DNA of 20,046 nucleotides, from positions 1-20,046 of the forward strand of contig CAVUZH010000012.1 in NCBI GenBank assembly GCA_963745835.1. Reading direction: 5' to 3'. Both the position numbers and the translations under genes were made by a program. This DNA is from an uncultured delta proteobacterium (GTDB taxonomy: Bacteria > Desulfobacterota > Binatia > UBA9968). Below are positions 1 to 8,696 of the stretch, piece after piece (the stretch's first letter is position 1; each line of letters opens with the position of its first letter). The notes beneath the pieces are model-generated. The model was not told where the DNA came from. It saw nothing but the letters and a program-made list of their open reading frames with translations, and did not search any database.

Positions 1-1117
1 CATAGGCCATCGAATTGGGGGCGATACGGTTCGGCGCGCCGGCAATCAGGCCGATGAAAATTTCGCACTGCGGCGAGGGCAGACTCCCGGCAAACTCAAT
101 AATTGAATTCAACGCTCCGTCGGCAAGCTGTGTGAAGTTATGGGGAACTTCCAATAGTTCCTTGCACCGGGGGCGAGCAAGGGGTCGAACGCCTTCTGCC
201 AGTCGGCGTAGAGACTGAGCCCCGATGTGCTCGCCGAGGACATCGCCGAAGGCGCGCACGGACGATGAGTGTCTCCCCTTCCGCTACGGCACCGCAGTAG
301 AAGATAGGCAACACGACCACTTCTTTGCCGTGCACGTTTTCCGGAAGAAAGGGCAATGGAGGAGCCTGGCGCAGCACGGCCCAGACATTGAGCTCCTCGG
401 GTGCCGAATTTATGAATTGACGATACTCGGTGAGTATCTGTCGGGCCTGGCTGAACGGAAAAACTATCAACCCCGCGAGAATTTTGGGCCCCACCGGAAA
501 GAGTTGGAATTCGAATTGGGTGACCACGCCAAAGTTTCCACCGCCGCCTCGAAGTGCCCAGAAAAGATCCGGGTTTTCTTTTTCACTCGCGCGTATTTTC
601 TTGCCATCGGCCGTGATCATATCGACGGAGACAAGATTGTCGATGGTCATGCCGTATTTGCGAGTCAGCCAGCCGAAGCCGCCGCCTAGAGTTAGTCCGG
701 CAATGCCGGTGGTGGAATTAATCCCCACCGGGGTGGCCAGACCATGCACCTGGGTCGCCTGATCCAGATCCGCAAGCGTCGCGCCAGGCTCGACATACGC
801 GCGCTTCTTAGCGGCGTCTACCCGGACGTTCTTCATGTTCGAAAAGTCGATCGTCAGGGCGCCGTCAGAGAGGGCGTTCCGGCGATATTATGCCCGCCAC
901 CGCGAATCGAAATTTCCAGTTTGTTCTTCCGCGCAAATGCGATCGCGGGTGACACGTCGTCAGCCTCGGCGCACTGCACGATCAGCGCCGGCCGGCGATC
1001 GATCATGGCGTTCCATATCCGGCGAGCTTCCTCGTATCGCGGTTCATCTGGAATTAGCACGGGGCCTTTGACCGTGCCGCTGAGCTGGTCTTTCGCGTTT
1101 GATGCCTGCAGGTTCAT
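1..1117 (-). pseudogene. FAD-binding oxidoreductase, BBE/6-hydroxy-D-nicotine oxidase-like (FAD_binding_4); four frameshifts; 3' end outside the window
   Basis: ATG at 1117 with AAGGAG RBS. Motifs YEEARRIWNAMIDRRP, RGGGHN (FAD-linking His), GIAGLTLGGGFGWL, DLFWALRGGGGNFGVVT and ARNYWK-HNF. The product is split over ORFs 854..1156 and 138..836 plus other frames, with indels at about 879, 260, 212 and 145. These may be sequencing errors rather than real decay. Confidence 0.85.
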
Positions 1118-1149
1118 AATCTTGATCTCCTTGTTAGATTTTCTCGCCT

Positions 1150-2061
1150 TCAGCAAAAAGCCGGCGCCATTTCTTCAATCTGTTTGCGTGCCCCCGGTTT
1201 GATCGCCTCGACTGTGGCGAGGAAGTTCGGATGCGTCATGCCGGTACCGAGATAAGTCCAGCGCATTCCCTTCAGCACAGCATTCTTGACCTGCTCGCGC
1301 TCGGTGCTGGACAGATCTCTGCCGGTCGCTTGCACGAAACTCTCGACATCGAACTCGGCCTGCTGCTGAATGCCTCTATCGAGGAATGCTCCTATATCGG
1401 CGTATTCGGCAAAAGCCTGGTCAATCTCCTGGGCGGTGGAATTGACGACGACTTCCTCAACCATCAGGGTATCGAGCTTGGTGTGTTGGGATTCTTCCAG
1501 CCAATGATGCTTGAGCAGGCTCTTGAACTGAGTGTCAAGTTCCTGGCTGTCGCGCACGCCTTCGATATAGTGCCTGAGGGTAATCCATTCGATGTGGAGG
1601 ATCGCGATGCCGGTCCCGAGAGGGCTGTGCGACAACACAAAACGCGAGATATCCTCAGCCGGTCCGATGAAGTCGCACTTGCTGCCGAAGCCTGCCTCGA
1701 ATTCTTGGCGGAAGCGCTTGAACAGGTGAATGTGCTTGGCTTCCTCGCCAGCAAATTGAAGCAGCGCGCGCACGCGGTAGTCATCGCCAGAAAGCTGCGG
1801 ACGGGCATGATCGACCACGTAAGGAAGAATAAACTCCTCGACCAGACCGAACATCGACAGATACTCATGTCCGCGGATCTGGTTCAGTGTCACTTGCTGC
1901 TCTGGCGTGAGGAAGGATAGCTGCTTTACCTGCGCCAAGGATTCGGGCATGAACGGTTTGGTGAAGTCGAGCTTTTTATCGCCGCCGATAAGGTCGTCCA
2001 CTTTCCACCCTATGCGCTCCGATGCAGCCAGTGCCAATTGATATGTGTAGTTGTGTCCCAT
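1150..2061 (-). CDS. Ferritin-like diiron protein, AurF/CmlI-like ligand pattern
   Basis: 303 aa with AAGGAG RBS. E(VEEF)-x30-EEAKH, then HIEW, then HWLEESQH (H-x2-E-E-x2-H). Confidence 0.75.
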   Translation of the reverse strand: MGHNYTYQLALAASERIGWKVDDLIGGDKKLDFTKPFMPESLAQVKQLSFLTPEQQVTLNQIRGHEYLSMFGLVEEFILPYVVDHARPQLSGDDYRVRALLQFAGEEAKHIHLFKRFRQEFEAGFGSKCDFIGPAEDISRFVLSHSPLGTGIAILHIEWITLRHYIEGVRDSQELDTQFKSLLKHHWLEESQHTKLDTLMVEEVVVNSTAQEIDQAFAEYADIGAFLDRGIQQQAEFDVESFVQATGRDLSSTEREQVKNAVLKGMRWTYLGTGMTHPNFLATVEAIKPGARKQIEEMAPAFC

Positions 2062-2098
2062 TTTTTTCTCCTTTTCAGAGCAGTTATCGATCTCTAGC

Positions 2099-2113
2099 GC
2101 AGCTTGTGTGCCA
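2099..2113 (-). promoter_or_regulatory. sigma54 -24/-12 promoter of the diiron/FAD oxidase operon
   Basis: Minus strand reads TGGCAC-ACAAG-CTGC (GG-N10-GC), about 38 nt upstream of ATG 2061 and next to a sigma54 activator gene. Confidence 0.75.
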
Positions 2114-2182
2114 GATTCTTATGCTTCGAAGTTGTGGAATGATATCGAAGGGATAGCTAGATTAGAACGATTCATGATTCAC

Positions 2183-2235
2183 TGTGAGATCTCGCAAGTT
2201 ATGAAATCTCACGGTGCTAGTTGTGAGATCTCACA
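2183..2235. promoter_or_regulatory. Three palindromic upstream activator sites, consensus TGTGAGATCTCACA
   Basis: TGTGAGATCTCGCA at 2183-2196, TATGAAATCTCACG at 2200-2213 and perfect TGTGAGATCTCACA at 2222-2235. They lie 70-120 bp upstream of the -24 box. Confidence 0.7.
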
Positions 2236-2363
2236 CCCGGTATCTCGTTTCACGAACCGGCGGAACGAATCGGCAGTCAGTTTAAAGACGGGTGAAAAGT
2301 CAGGTTCTGAAATGGAACGGCGCGGCACTCTGCCGAGTACGCTGAGCCAACAAAGACGAACAC

Positions 2364-4316
2364 TTACCTCGGGCGTTGTATTCCGAGAGCGCGGATGCGG
2401 GAATTGAGAGTAGACGGATTGATTCCGAGCATGCTCGCCGCGCCGTCCCTGCCGGCGACACGCCAGCCCGATGAGTCGAGAGCGCGCAAAATGTTCTCTC
2501 GCTCCAGTTGCTGAAGCTCGCGAATCGGCAGAATTCGCTGCGCCGGCTGGATCACGCTTTCAATGGCCGGTACCGTTCCAGCAGCGACCTCCGAGGGGAT
2601 TTCCGGCAGAGCCCGGTCAAGGTTGATAGACCCATCCCGGGAGGTAATCACAGCCCGCTCGATCACATTCTGTAACTCACGCACATTGCCCGGCCAGGAA
2701 TAAGCCTTCAAACGTTTCTTGATCTCTTGTGAAAGAGACTCGATGCGCTTACCCATACGCTGCGCGAATTTGGCGGCAAACTCCGATGCCAGAATCACGA
2801 CATCTTCGTTTCTTTCACGCAATGGCGGCATATTGATCGGAAACACGTTCAAACGATAGTATAAATCCTCGCGAAAACGCCCTTCGCGTATCGCCCTTTT
2901 GAGGTCGCGGTTGGTTGCCGCGATGACACGCACATTCACTTTGCGCAGATGGGAGCCCCCGACGGGAGTGAATTCACCTTCCTGCAAAACCCGCAACAGC
3001 TTGGCCTGTAAATCGAGCGAAAGCTCGCCCACCTCGTCCAGAAAGATCGTGCCGCCGTCGGCCAAAGCAAAACATCCCTCGCGTCTCTGCGTCGCACCGG
3101 TAAAGGCGCCCTTCTCATGCCCGAAAAACTCGCTCTCCATGAGCGCGGCTGGGATCGCGGCGCAATTGATCGTGATCAGGGGTTTGTCGGCGCGACGGCT
3201 GGAGCCTTTAATCGCCCTGGCGATCAATTCTTTGCCGGTGCCGGTTTCGCCAAGAATCAGGACCGTGGTGTCGCCGACCGCGACTTGCTCGACATCCTCC
3301 AGCACCGTCTTAAGCGCGGCGCTTTGCCCGATAATTTGCTCAAAGCCGCCAAGCTTGTTAAGCGCTTCACGCAGATATTCGGCTTCGGCGGTGAGAGAGT
3401 TAATTTTCCGGTCGGCTTCGATTCGCTCATTGATGTTTCTCAAGATCACGGTGTAGAAGGTTTGCCTGCCAATTTCGAAGCACGAGATGGTGGCTTCTGC
3501 TGGAAACTCATTACCACCGCTCGCCACTCCGCGTAATCCGCCCGGAACCCATGCAGAGCGGCGTTCCGGGGGACACGGCTTGAACTCATCGATGAGCCTC
3601 AAGATCGTTTGATAGCTCTTGCTTGAAACGAACCGACTGAATTCACCGCCAACTGCCTGCCGCGCCGGACACTGAAATGCCTGCTCGGCGGCGGGATTCA
3701 CTCGGGTCACTTTGAGATTCTGATCAAGCTCGATAATCGCATCCATGGCGCTGTCAAATAGGCGCCGTAACTTCTCCTCGCGCTCTCGGACCTGTTTTTC
3801 GACGCTTTGCCGTTGCAACTCGGCCGCGGCTCTGGCGGCGAAGATTCTAAATAGAGCCTGAACCTTGGGTTCTTCTGGAATTGGCCGTCGATCGATCACC
3901 GCAAGATGGCCGAGAATTTTGCCATCGACGTCCTTCAGGGGCATTCCCAGATAGCTCACCGCGTTGATCGCGGTTATGTCCGGATCGTCTGGAAAGAGTT
4001 TAAAAAGATTATCGGGAAAATGAACTATATCGGCGCTGTCGATCACTTTTTCACAAGGGGTGCCGGCAATATCGGTTTCGTAGTCTTTTATCCATTGCCC
4101 ATCCATCCAAAAGGCAAGGGCGCGCAGCCGGCGGCGTTCCTGGATGTATTCAGTGACCCAGGCGCCGTGAGTGCTCAGCGCTCGCGCCAGATTTTCAACT
4201 AGCGCGGCAAAAAACCGCTCGCCGGTCTCATTTGCGGTGCCTTCCAGTATCGTCCGGAGCGCGAACTCTTCATCCAGCGCGGCGAGGGGGGTTATTCCAG
4301 GATCTTCGTTAATCAT
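2364..4316 (-). CDS. sigma54-dependent transcriptional activator (GAF-PAS-AAA+-Fis HTH)
   Basis: 650 aa. Walker A GETGTGKE, GAFTGA loop, FLDEVGE, FREDLYYRLNV, WPGNVRELQN and a C-terminal HTH. N-terminal GAF (YLGMPL..GHLAVID) and PAS (DAIIELD..VNPAAE) domains. Confidence 0.95.
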   Translation of the reverse strand: MINEDPGITPLAALDEEFALRTILEGTANETGERFFAALVENLARALSTHGAWVTEYIQERRRLRALAFWMDGQWIKDYETDIAGTPCEKVIDSADIVHFPDNLFKLFPDDPDITAINAVSYLGMPLKDVDGKILGHLAVIDRRPIPEEPKVQALFRIFAARAAAELQRQSVEKQVREREEKLRRLFDSAMDAIIELDQNLKVTRVNPAAEQAFQCPARQAVGGEFSRFVSSKSYQTILRLIDEFKPCPPERRSAWVPGGLRGVASGGNEFPAEATISCFEIGRQTFYTVILRNINERIEADRKINSLTAEAEYLREALNKLGGFEQIIGQSAALKTVLEDVEQVAVGDTTVLILGETGTGKELIARAIKGSSRRADKPLITINCAAIPAALMESEFFGHEKGAFTGATQRREGCFALADGGTIFLDEVGELSLDLQAKLLRVLQEGEFTPVGGSHLRKVNVRVIAATNRDLKRAIREGRFREDLYYRLNVFPINMPPLRERNEDVVILASEFAAKFAQRMGKRIESLSQEIKKRLKAYSWPGNVRELQNVIERAVITSRDGSINLDRALPEIPSEVAAGTVPAIESVIQPAQRILPIRELQQLERENILRALDSSGWRVAGRDGAASMLGINPSTLNSRIRALGIQRPR

Positions 4317-4468
4317 AAAAACACCTCGGCAACCCTCGGAAGGGTAATACCAGCCTGGGCGCCTAGTCCTCAGAACAGCCGTAATATCCGGGACCCATTT
4401 GCTTGTGTCAAGCGCTGGAACTTCCGTCTAACAGCGCTCAATCGGCTGGATCAGATTCTTGACCGTAA

Positions 4469-5335
4469 TCACCGGCTGGTAATCGTCACGATGCCTGCGA
4501 ACATGATAAGCGCGCCAAACACGATGCGCCGGTTGACCGTTTCCACCTTGCGCAGGAAAAGAACACTTAACAGCACGGTAAATAGCGGTGTGGTATTCAA
4601 GAGCGGAATAATCACCGACAACTCGCCTCTCCCTAATGCGACAAAATTGAGGACTTGAGCTGCCGTTGCCAGCAGCGCCGCCGCGAGAAAAAATGAAAAA
4701 CCCTGGCGTTCCATGCGCAGCGACTTGGCTCTGCCGGTAATCAGCACAAAAATCAAAAACAGAACCAGCGACACGGTGGTGACGATCGCTACGGCAACAA
4801 ACGGATCGGGTAAAATTTTCAGCCCTTGCTTGCGCAAGCTTTGCGAGATAGCAGAAACCAACGCCGCGGTGATCGGGAAAGCGGTATCGAGAAGTCGCCA
4901 CTTTGCCGCGCCGTCGTGCTGACCAGAGATCAACCAGAGACTTGTCATGATCAGTATCGTGCCCATATAAACCAGCGCGCCGGGCTCTTCGCGCAAAAAA
5001 CTCACGCCAATAATCGTCGCAAACAACGGCTCTGTGCCGCGCAGCGGACCGGCGCGAGCGACGCCGATTCGGGTAATTCCTTCATAGAACAGGGCTCGCG
5101 CCAGCAACGGTTGCACGCAACCGCTGATGACAAAATAGATCATCGCCGGCGAGGACAGGAACTCGAGCGAGGTGGTGGCAATCAGGTAGCTCCACATGCA
5201 CGCGGTCGAGACCGCGAAGCTCATCAACATCGCTGCGAAGATGTTGGATCGCCGTAAGCCCAGCCGGACCAGAACAGAATCGGACGCCCAGCCCATCGCG
5301 GAGAAAATAGCTGTGATTTCAGCAAGTAGAGACAT
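4469..5335 (-). CDS. DMT/EamA family transporter
   Basis: About 10 hydrophobic segments in two EamA repeats (RIGVARAGPLRGTEPLFA..LREE; LSVIIPLLNTTPLF..FLRKVE). Start placed at ATG 5335 (MSLLAE). Confidence 0.88.
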   Translation of the reverse strand: MSLLAEITAIFSAMGWASDSVLVRLGLRRSNIFAAMLMSFAVSTACMWSYLIATTSLEFLSSPAMIYFVISGCVQPLLARALFYEGITRIGVARAGPLRGTEPLFATIIGVSFLREEPGALVYMGTILIMTSLWLISGQHDGAAKWRLLDTAFPITAALVSAISQSLRKQGLKILPDPFVAVAIVTTVSLVLFLIFVLITGRAKSLRMERQGFSFFLAAALLATAAQVLNFVALGRGELSVIIPLLNTTPLFTVLLSVLFLRKVETVNRRIVFGALIMFAGIVTITSR

Positions 5336-5433
5336 GGGCGCGCCAAGATGTGGGAGATCCAGATAAACCCACGTCCTGATTATTTGCAACCGCCAAAATT
5401 CGGCATGAAGCGGCGTGTTTCTTCGATCGTGTA

Positions 5434-5463
5434 TTGCACAATAGCGACGACCTGACCTAGAAT
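5434..5463 (+). promoter_or_regulatory. Putative sigma70 promoter of the cupin gene
   Basis: TTGCAC-N18-TAGAAT, followed by an AGGAGG RBS before ATG 5509. Confidence 0.45.
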
Positions 5464-5508
5464 CGTGCCCGGTAGCGATGGAACAACCAACAACTAACAG
5501 GAGGGGTT

Positions 5509-5958
5509 ATGGAAAACGGCAAACAAACCGAAGCAAAAGTGGTTATGTTGCGAACTCAATTGGTGAAGGAGGGGCACACGCGCAACCTGCTGGCGGAAAC
5601 AGATTTAATGACATTGCGTATTCATTGCTACGCCCCGGGCATCGGCGAGAACGCGCTCCACTCCCACACCAAAGAGGATCATATTTTCCTGGTTCTTGAA
5701 GGAACCGCTGAATTCAACACGGGTCGCGACGGCAAAACCGTTCTCAATGCGAGCAAGCATCAAGCGATCGTTCTTCCAGCGGGTTGCTACTATCAGTTTC
5801 GCAATTCCGGAGATACCCCTCTGGTGATGACTCGAATCGGCGCCGGTCCGGATAAACAGGATCAGCGTCTGAACCCGGACGGCACACCGATTCCTGGAAG
5901 AACTCACGAGCAAGGCGCGGCAAAGCCGGTGCTGATTGAAGGAGCCTTTTTCGAATAA
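5509..5958 (+). CDS. Cupin domain protein
   Basis: GENALHSHTKEDHIFLVLEG (cupin motif 1), LPAGCYYQFRNSGDTPL (motif 2) and a strong RBS. Confidence 0.88.
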   Translation: MENGKQTEAKVVMLRTQLVKEGHTRNLLAETDLMTLRIHCYAPGIGENALHSHTKEDHIFLVLEGTAEFNTGRDGKTVLNASKHQAIVLPAGCYYQFRNSGDTPLVMTRIGAGPDKQDQRLNPDGTPIPGRTHEQGAAKPVLIEGAFFE

Positions 5959-6002
5959 TGTGACGGAATTTACAGAAGGCAATTACCCGCAGAAACCTAG
6001 AC

Positions 6003-6037
6003 GTGAACTGCGGCATTGCGGCGATGCCGCAGTTCAC
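6003..6037. terminator. Strong hairpin between convergent genes, probable bidirectional terminator
   Basis: GTGAACTGCGGCAT-N7-ATGCCGCAGTTCAC is a perfect 14-bp inverted repeat. There is no clear U-tract. Confidence 0.55.
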
Positions 6038-6040
6038 TAT

Positions 6041-6247
6041 TCAAGCTATTTTCATGCGCTCGATGGTAACCTGAAGCTCCCTCAGCTCAGTCACCAACCA
6101 TTCGTCCTTCAGCCGGTGCCGGGCAAGATGCGGCTTCAAAAGTGAACTGGGATAAATCTTGGCGCCACACTCGGCGCACTTTGCCGCATGCAATTTCTTG
6201 TTGGCGATTGATATCGCCACCTGGTTGCTCGCCAGTGCTGTTCGCAT
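6041..6247 (-). CDS. Small protein with a single classical C2H2 zinc finger
   Basis: 68 aa with AAGGAG RBS. CAECGAKIYPSSLLKPHLARH fits C-x2-C-x3-I-x5-L-x2-H-x3-H, followed by an amphipathic C-terminal helix. Confidence 0.75.
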   Translation of the reverse strand: MRTALASNQVAISIANKKLHAAKCAECGAKIYPSSLLKPHLARHRLKDEWLVTELRELQVTIERMKIA

Positions 6248-6286
6248 GTGCAGTCTCCTTAGTTGAAAAATTTGGAACGGTCATTG

Positions 6287-6303
6287 AGCAATGCTGATGC
6301 CAA
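6287..6303 (-). promoter_or_regulatory. sigma54 -24/-12 promoter of the zinc-finger gene
   Basis: Minus strand TTGGCAT-CAGCA-TTGCT is a near-consensus match, 40 nt upstream of ATG 6247. Confidence 0.75.
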
Positions 6304-6404
6304 TAGCATCTTGCGAACGAACGCAACTGGTGATGCGGGTTTTTGATTCCATTAACGTTATATCCGGTTCTTCCACTGCTCGATCTGACAGTAATCGTTT
6401 GACA

Positions 6405-6423
6405 TCGTGACAACCTGTCACGA
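6405..6423. promoter_or_regulatory. Palindrome, candidate enhancer for the zinc-finger promoter
   Basis: TCGTGACA-ACC-TGTCACGA, with further TGACA half-sites at 6386 and 6400, about 100-120 bp upstream of the -24 box. Confidence 0.45.
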
Positions 6424-6506
6424 CTCGATCCTGGCCGCGCTTCAATTGATAAACGCGGATGCAGTTACCGAACGGGAACGGTTGGTGGCTAGATGCGCGG
6501 CGGCGC

Positions 6507-7484
6507 TCAAGAATGAGCAAATAACTTCTTCACTGATTGGACAATTCGCTTCTGGCCAGGGAGAAATTCTTTCTCCAATGCCGGGCTGGCGGGAACCGGA
6601 GCGAACGGAGCCGCGACACGCAGAATTGGCGCGTCCAGATAGTAAAGCGCATGTTGTTGAACAGCCGCGGTAATTTCCGCGCCCACCCCGCCCTGTTCCA
6701 CGGCTTCGTGCGCGACAACCATGCGCCCGGTCTTTCTGACGGATTCGACGATAGTTCTGATATCCAGAGGTGCAACGCTGCGCAGGTCGATCACCTCCGC
6801 GGAAATTCCGCTGGCGGCCAATTCATCGGCTGCTGCCAATGCCGCGCCCACCATATTTGCCAGCGCGACAATAGTGACTTGTTGACCGGCATGCAGAACC
6901 GCCGCCTGGCCGATCGGCACCAGATGATCGCCGTTCGGCACGTCGCCGCGGGCCCAGTACAAACCACGATGCTCGATAAAGACCACCGGATTGTCGTCAC
7001 GAATGGCGGCCTTGAGCAGCCCTTTGGCGTCGGCGGGATTTGACGGCATCACAACCTGCAATCCCGGAACGTGCGCCAGCCACGACTCCAGGCTTTGTGA
7101 ATGATGCGCGCCCATGGCGCCGCTGATGCCGCATTGCACGCGCACAGTTAACGGGATCGCGAGCTGGCCGCCGGACATGTAATAGAGCTTGGCCGCATGA
7201 TTAACCAGTTGATCGAGAGCGAGCGTGATGAAATCGATGAACATGATCTCAATCACCGGGCGCAATCCTGCCGTAGCGGCGCCAATGGCCAACCCCATGA
7301 CCGTGCCTTCGCTGATTGGCGTGTTGACCACGCGTTGGCGCCCGAAGTCTTCCGCCAATCCTTTGGTGACGCCGAAGGGTCCGCCGAGTGAAACGTCTTC
7401 GCCGAAAACGTAAACCGCCGAGTCGCGGCTCATCTCTTCGTGAAGTCCGGCGCGAATCGCTTCTAAAAACGTCTGCTCTGACAT
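6507..7484 (-). CDS. 2-oxoacid/acetoin dehydrogenase E1 beta subunit (pair 1, canonical)
   Basis: FGEDV, NTPISE, LRPVIEIMFIDF, GAHHSQS, NPVVFIEH and EVIDLRSVAPLD motifs. Start placed at ATG 7484 (MSEQTF). Confidence 0.92.
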   Translation of the reverse strand: MSEQTFLEAIRAGLHEEMSRDSAVYVFGEDVSLGGPFGVTKGLAEDFGRQRVVNTPISEGTVMGLAIGAATAGLRPVIEIMFIDFITLALDQLVNHAAKLYYMSGGQLAIPLTVRVQCGISGAMGAHHSQSLESWLAHVPGLQVVMPSNPADAKGLLKAAIRDDNPVVFIEHRGLYWARGDVPNGDHLVPIGQAAVLHAGQQVTIVALANMVGAALAAADELAASGISAEVIDLRSVAPLDIRTIVESVRKTGRMVVAHEAVEQGGVGAEITAAVQQHALYYLDAPILRVAAPFAPVPASPALEKEFLPGQKRIVQSVKKLFAHS

Positions 7485-7567
7485 ATTCGATTTGGTTCCA
7501 AATGTTGAAGAAGAGGTTGCTACTTCCACGCGCGTTTCGTCGACGACATTGTCTCGGACCCTGGGAA

Positions 7568-8560
7568 TCAACTAAAAAAAGGCTGGGAGTTAATTGTGGT
7601 AACTTGAGTCGCGACTTCCTCGCTGGCTGGCCACGATGATGAGAGGGAAAAGCTGGCGGCTTCTTCAACCCGGGCGCGGGCTTCAGATTCAATCGCTTGA
7701 AGTCCCCTATCCGTCATCATCTTCTTGCTTTTCAGCAGGCGCGCGAATCTGGCAATCGGATCTTTCTTCTTCCACTCGGAAAGCTGCGACAACTCTCGAT
7801 ATTTGGCGGGGTCGCCTTCATAATGGCCGCGCAGCCGATGCGTTAAACATTCGATAAATACCGGTCCTTTGCGTGCGCGTGCGATCTCGAGCGCCTTGCT
7901 TGTCGCCGAACGCACGGCTAAGAGATCGTTGCCGTCCACCGTGCTGCTGGGGATCCCATAAGTCTTTGCATGCTGCGCCAACCGCTCGATCTTCGTATGC
8001 GCCGATAGCGGTGTGAATTCCGCATAACCATTGTTCTCGCACACGAAGATCACCGGTAACTGCCACAAGCTGGCGATGTTCAAAGACTCATGAAACGGAC
8101 CCGCTTGGCCGGCGCCATCGCCGAAAAAAACCACGGCGACTTGGCCTTGTTTTTTTTCCTTCCCGGCGAATGCTGCGCCGAGCGCCAACGGTATCGTTCC
8201 ACCGACCACCCCGGTGGCAGTGATGAAGCCCGCATTCAGCGCGACGATGTGCATCGAGCCGCCCTTGCCGCCGCAGTAGCCGGTGGCGCGACCGGCGATT
8301 TCCGCCATCAGCCGATTGACTTCCGCTCCTTTGGCCAGGGCATGACCGTGAGAGCGATGCCCGCCGAATACGAAATCGTCCGGGCGCAGCAAACCGCAGA
8401 CGCCGACCGCAACCGCTTCTTGGCCGATGCCCAGGTGAAGCAGGCCGACAATCTGCCTTTCGGCGTAAAGCGCCGAAACTTTTTCCTCAAAAGCGCGAAT
8501 CAACCACATGCGCCTCAGGAGATCGACGAGATCTTTTGAGCTTTCTTGTTTGCTGGCCAT
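7568..8560 (-). CDS. 2-oxoacid/acetoin dehydrogenase E1 alpha subunit (pair 1, canonical)
   Basis: HLGIGQEA, HRSHGH, GKGGSMH, ThDP motif GDGA...ENN and RLRGHYEGD. Confidence 0.93.
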   Translation of the reverse strand: MASKQESSKDLVDLLRRMWLIRAFEEKVSALYAERQIVGLLHLGIGQEAVAVGVCGLLRPDDFVFGGHRSHGHALAKGAEVNRLMAEIAGRATGYCGGKGGSMHIVALNAGFITATGVVGGTIPLALGAAFAGKEKKQGQVAVVFFGDGAGQAGPFHESLNIASLWQLPVIFVCENNGYAEFTPLSAHTKIERLAQHAKTYGIPSSTVDGNDLLAVRSATSKALEIARARKGPVFIECLTHRLRGHYEGDPAKYRELSQLSEWKKKDPIARFARLLKSKKMMTDRGLQAIESEARARVEEAASFSLSSSWPASEEVATQVTTINSQPFFS

Positions 8561-8696
8561 GGATGATCAGGAGCTGGGTAATGTCAAACGAAGGTCGGAA
8601 GGAGATAACTACCGATCACGAAGTGTGTCATCAGTTTACACTGGCCCACACAGAATCAAATGAGTACGTCCTTCAGGCCCTGATTCTCTGAGGAGT

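Noticed and set aside
140-880. Programmed ribosomal frameshifting in the FAD oxidase
   Set aside because: There are four shifts of differing size with no slippery heptamers. Error or decay is more parsimonious.
2222-2235. CRP/FNR site (TGTGA...TCACA)
   Set aside because: The spacer is 4 bp rather than 6. Triplication upstream of a -24/-12 promoter fits a bEBP enhancer better.
7485-7571. N-terminal extensions from the ORF track for E1 beta1 (7571), EamA (5389) and VOC (16721)
   Set aside because: Family similarity begins at the downstream ATGs (7484, 5335, 16673), and the VOC ATG has a clear RBS.
8571-8594. TPP riboswitch-like string GAGCTGGGTAATGTCAAACGAAGG next to ThDP enzyme genes
   Set aside because: It is on the strand opposite to the E1 genes, the stem pairs poorly and there is no upstream CTGAGA element.
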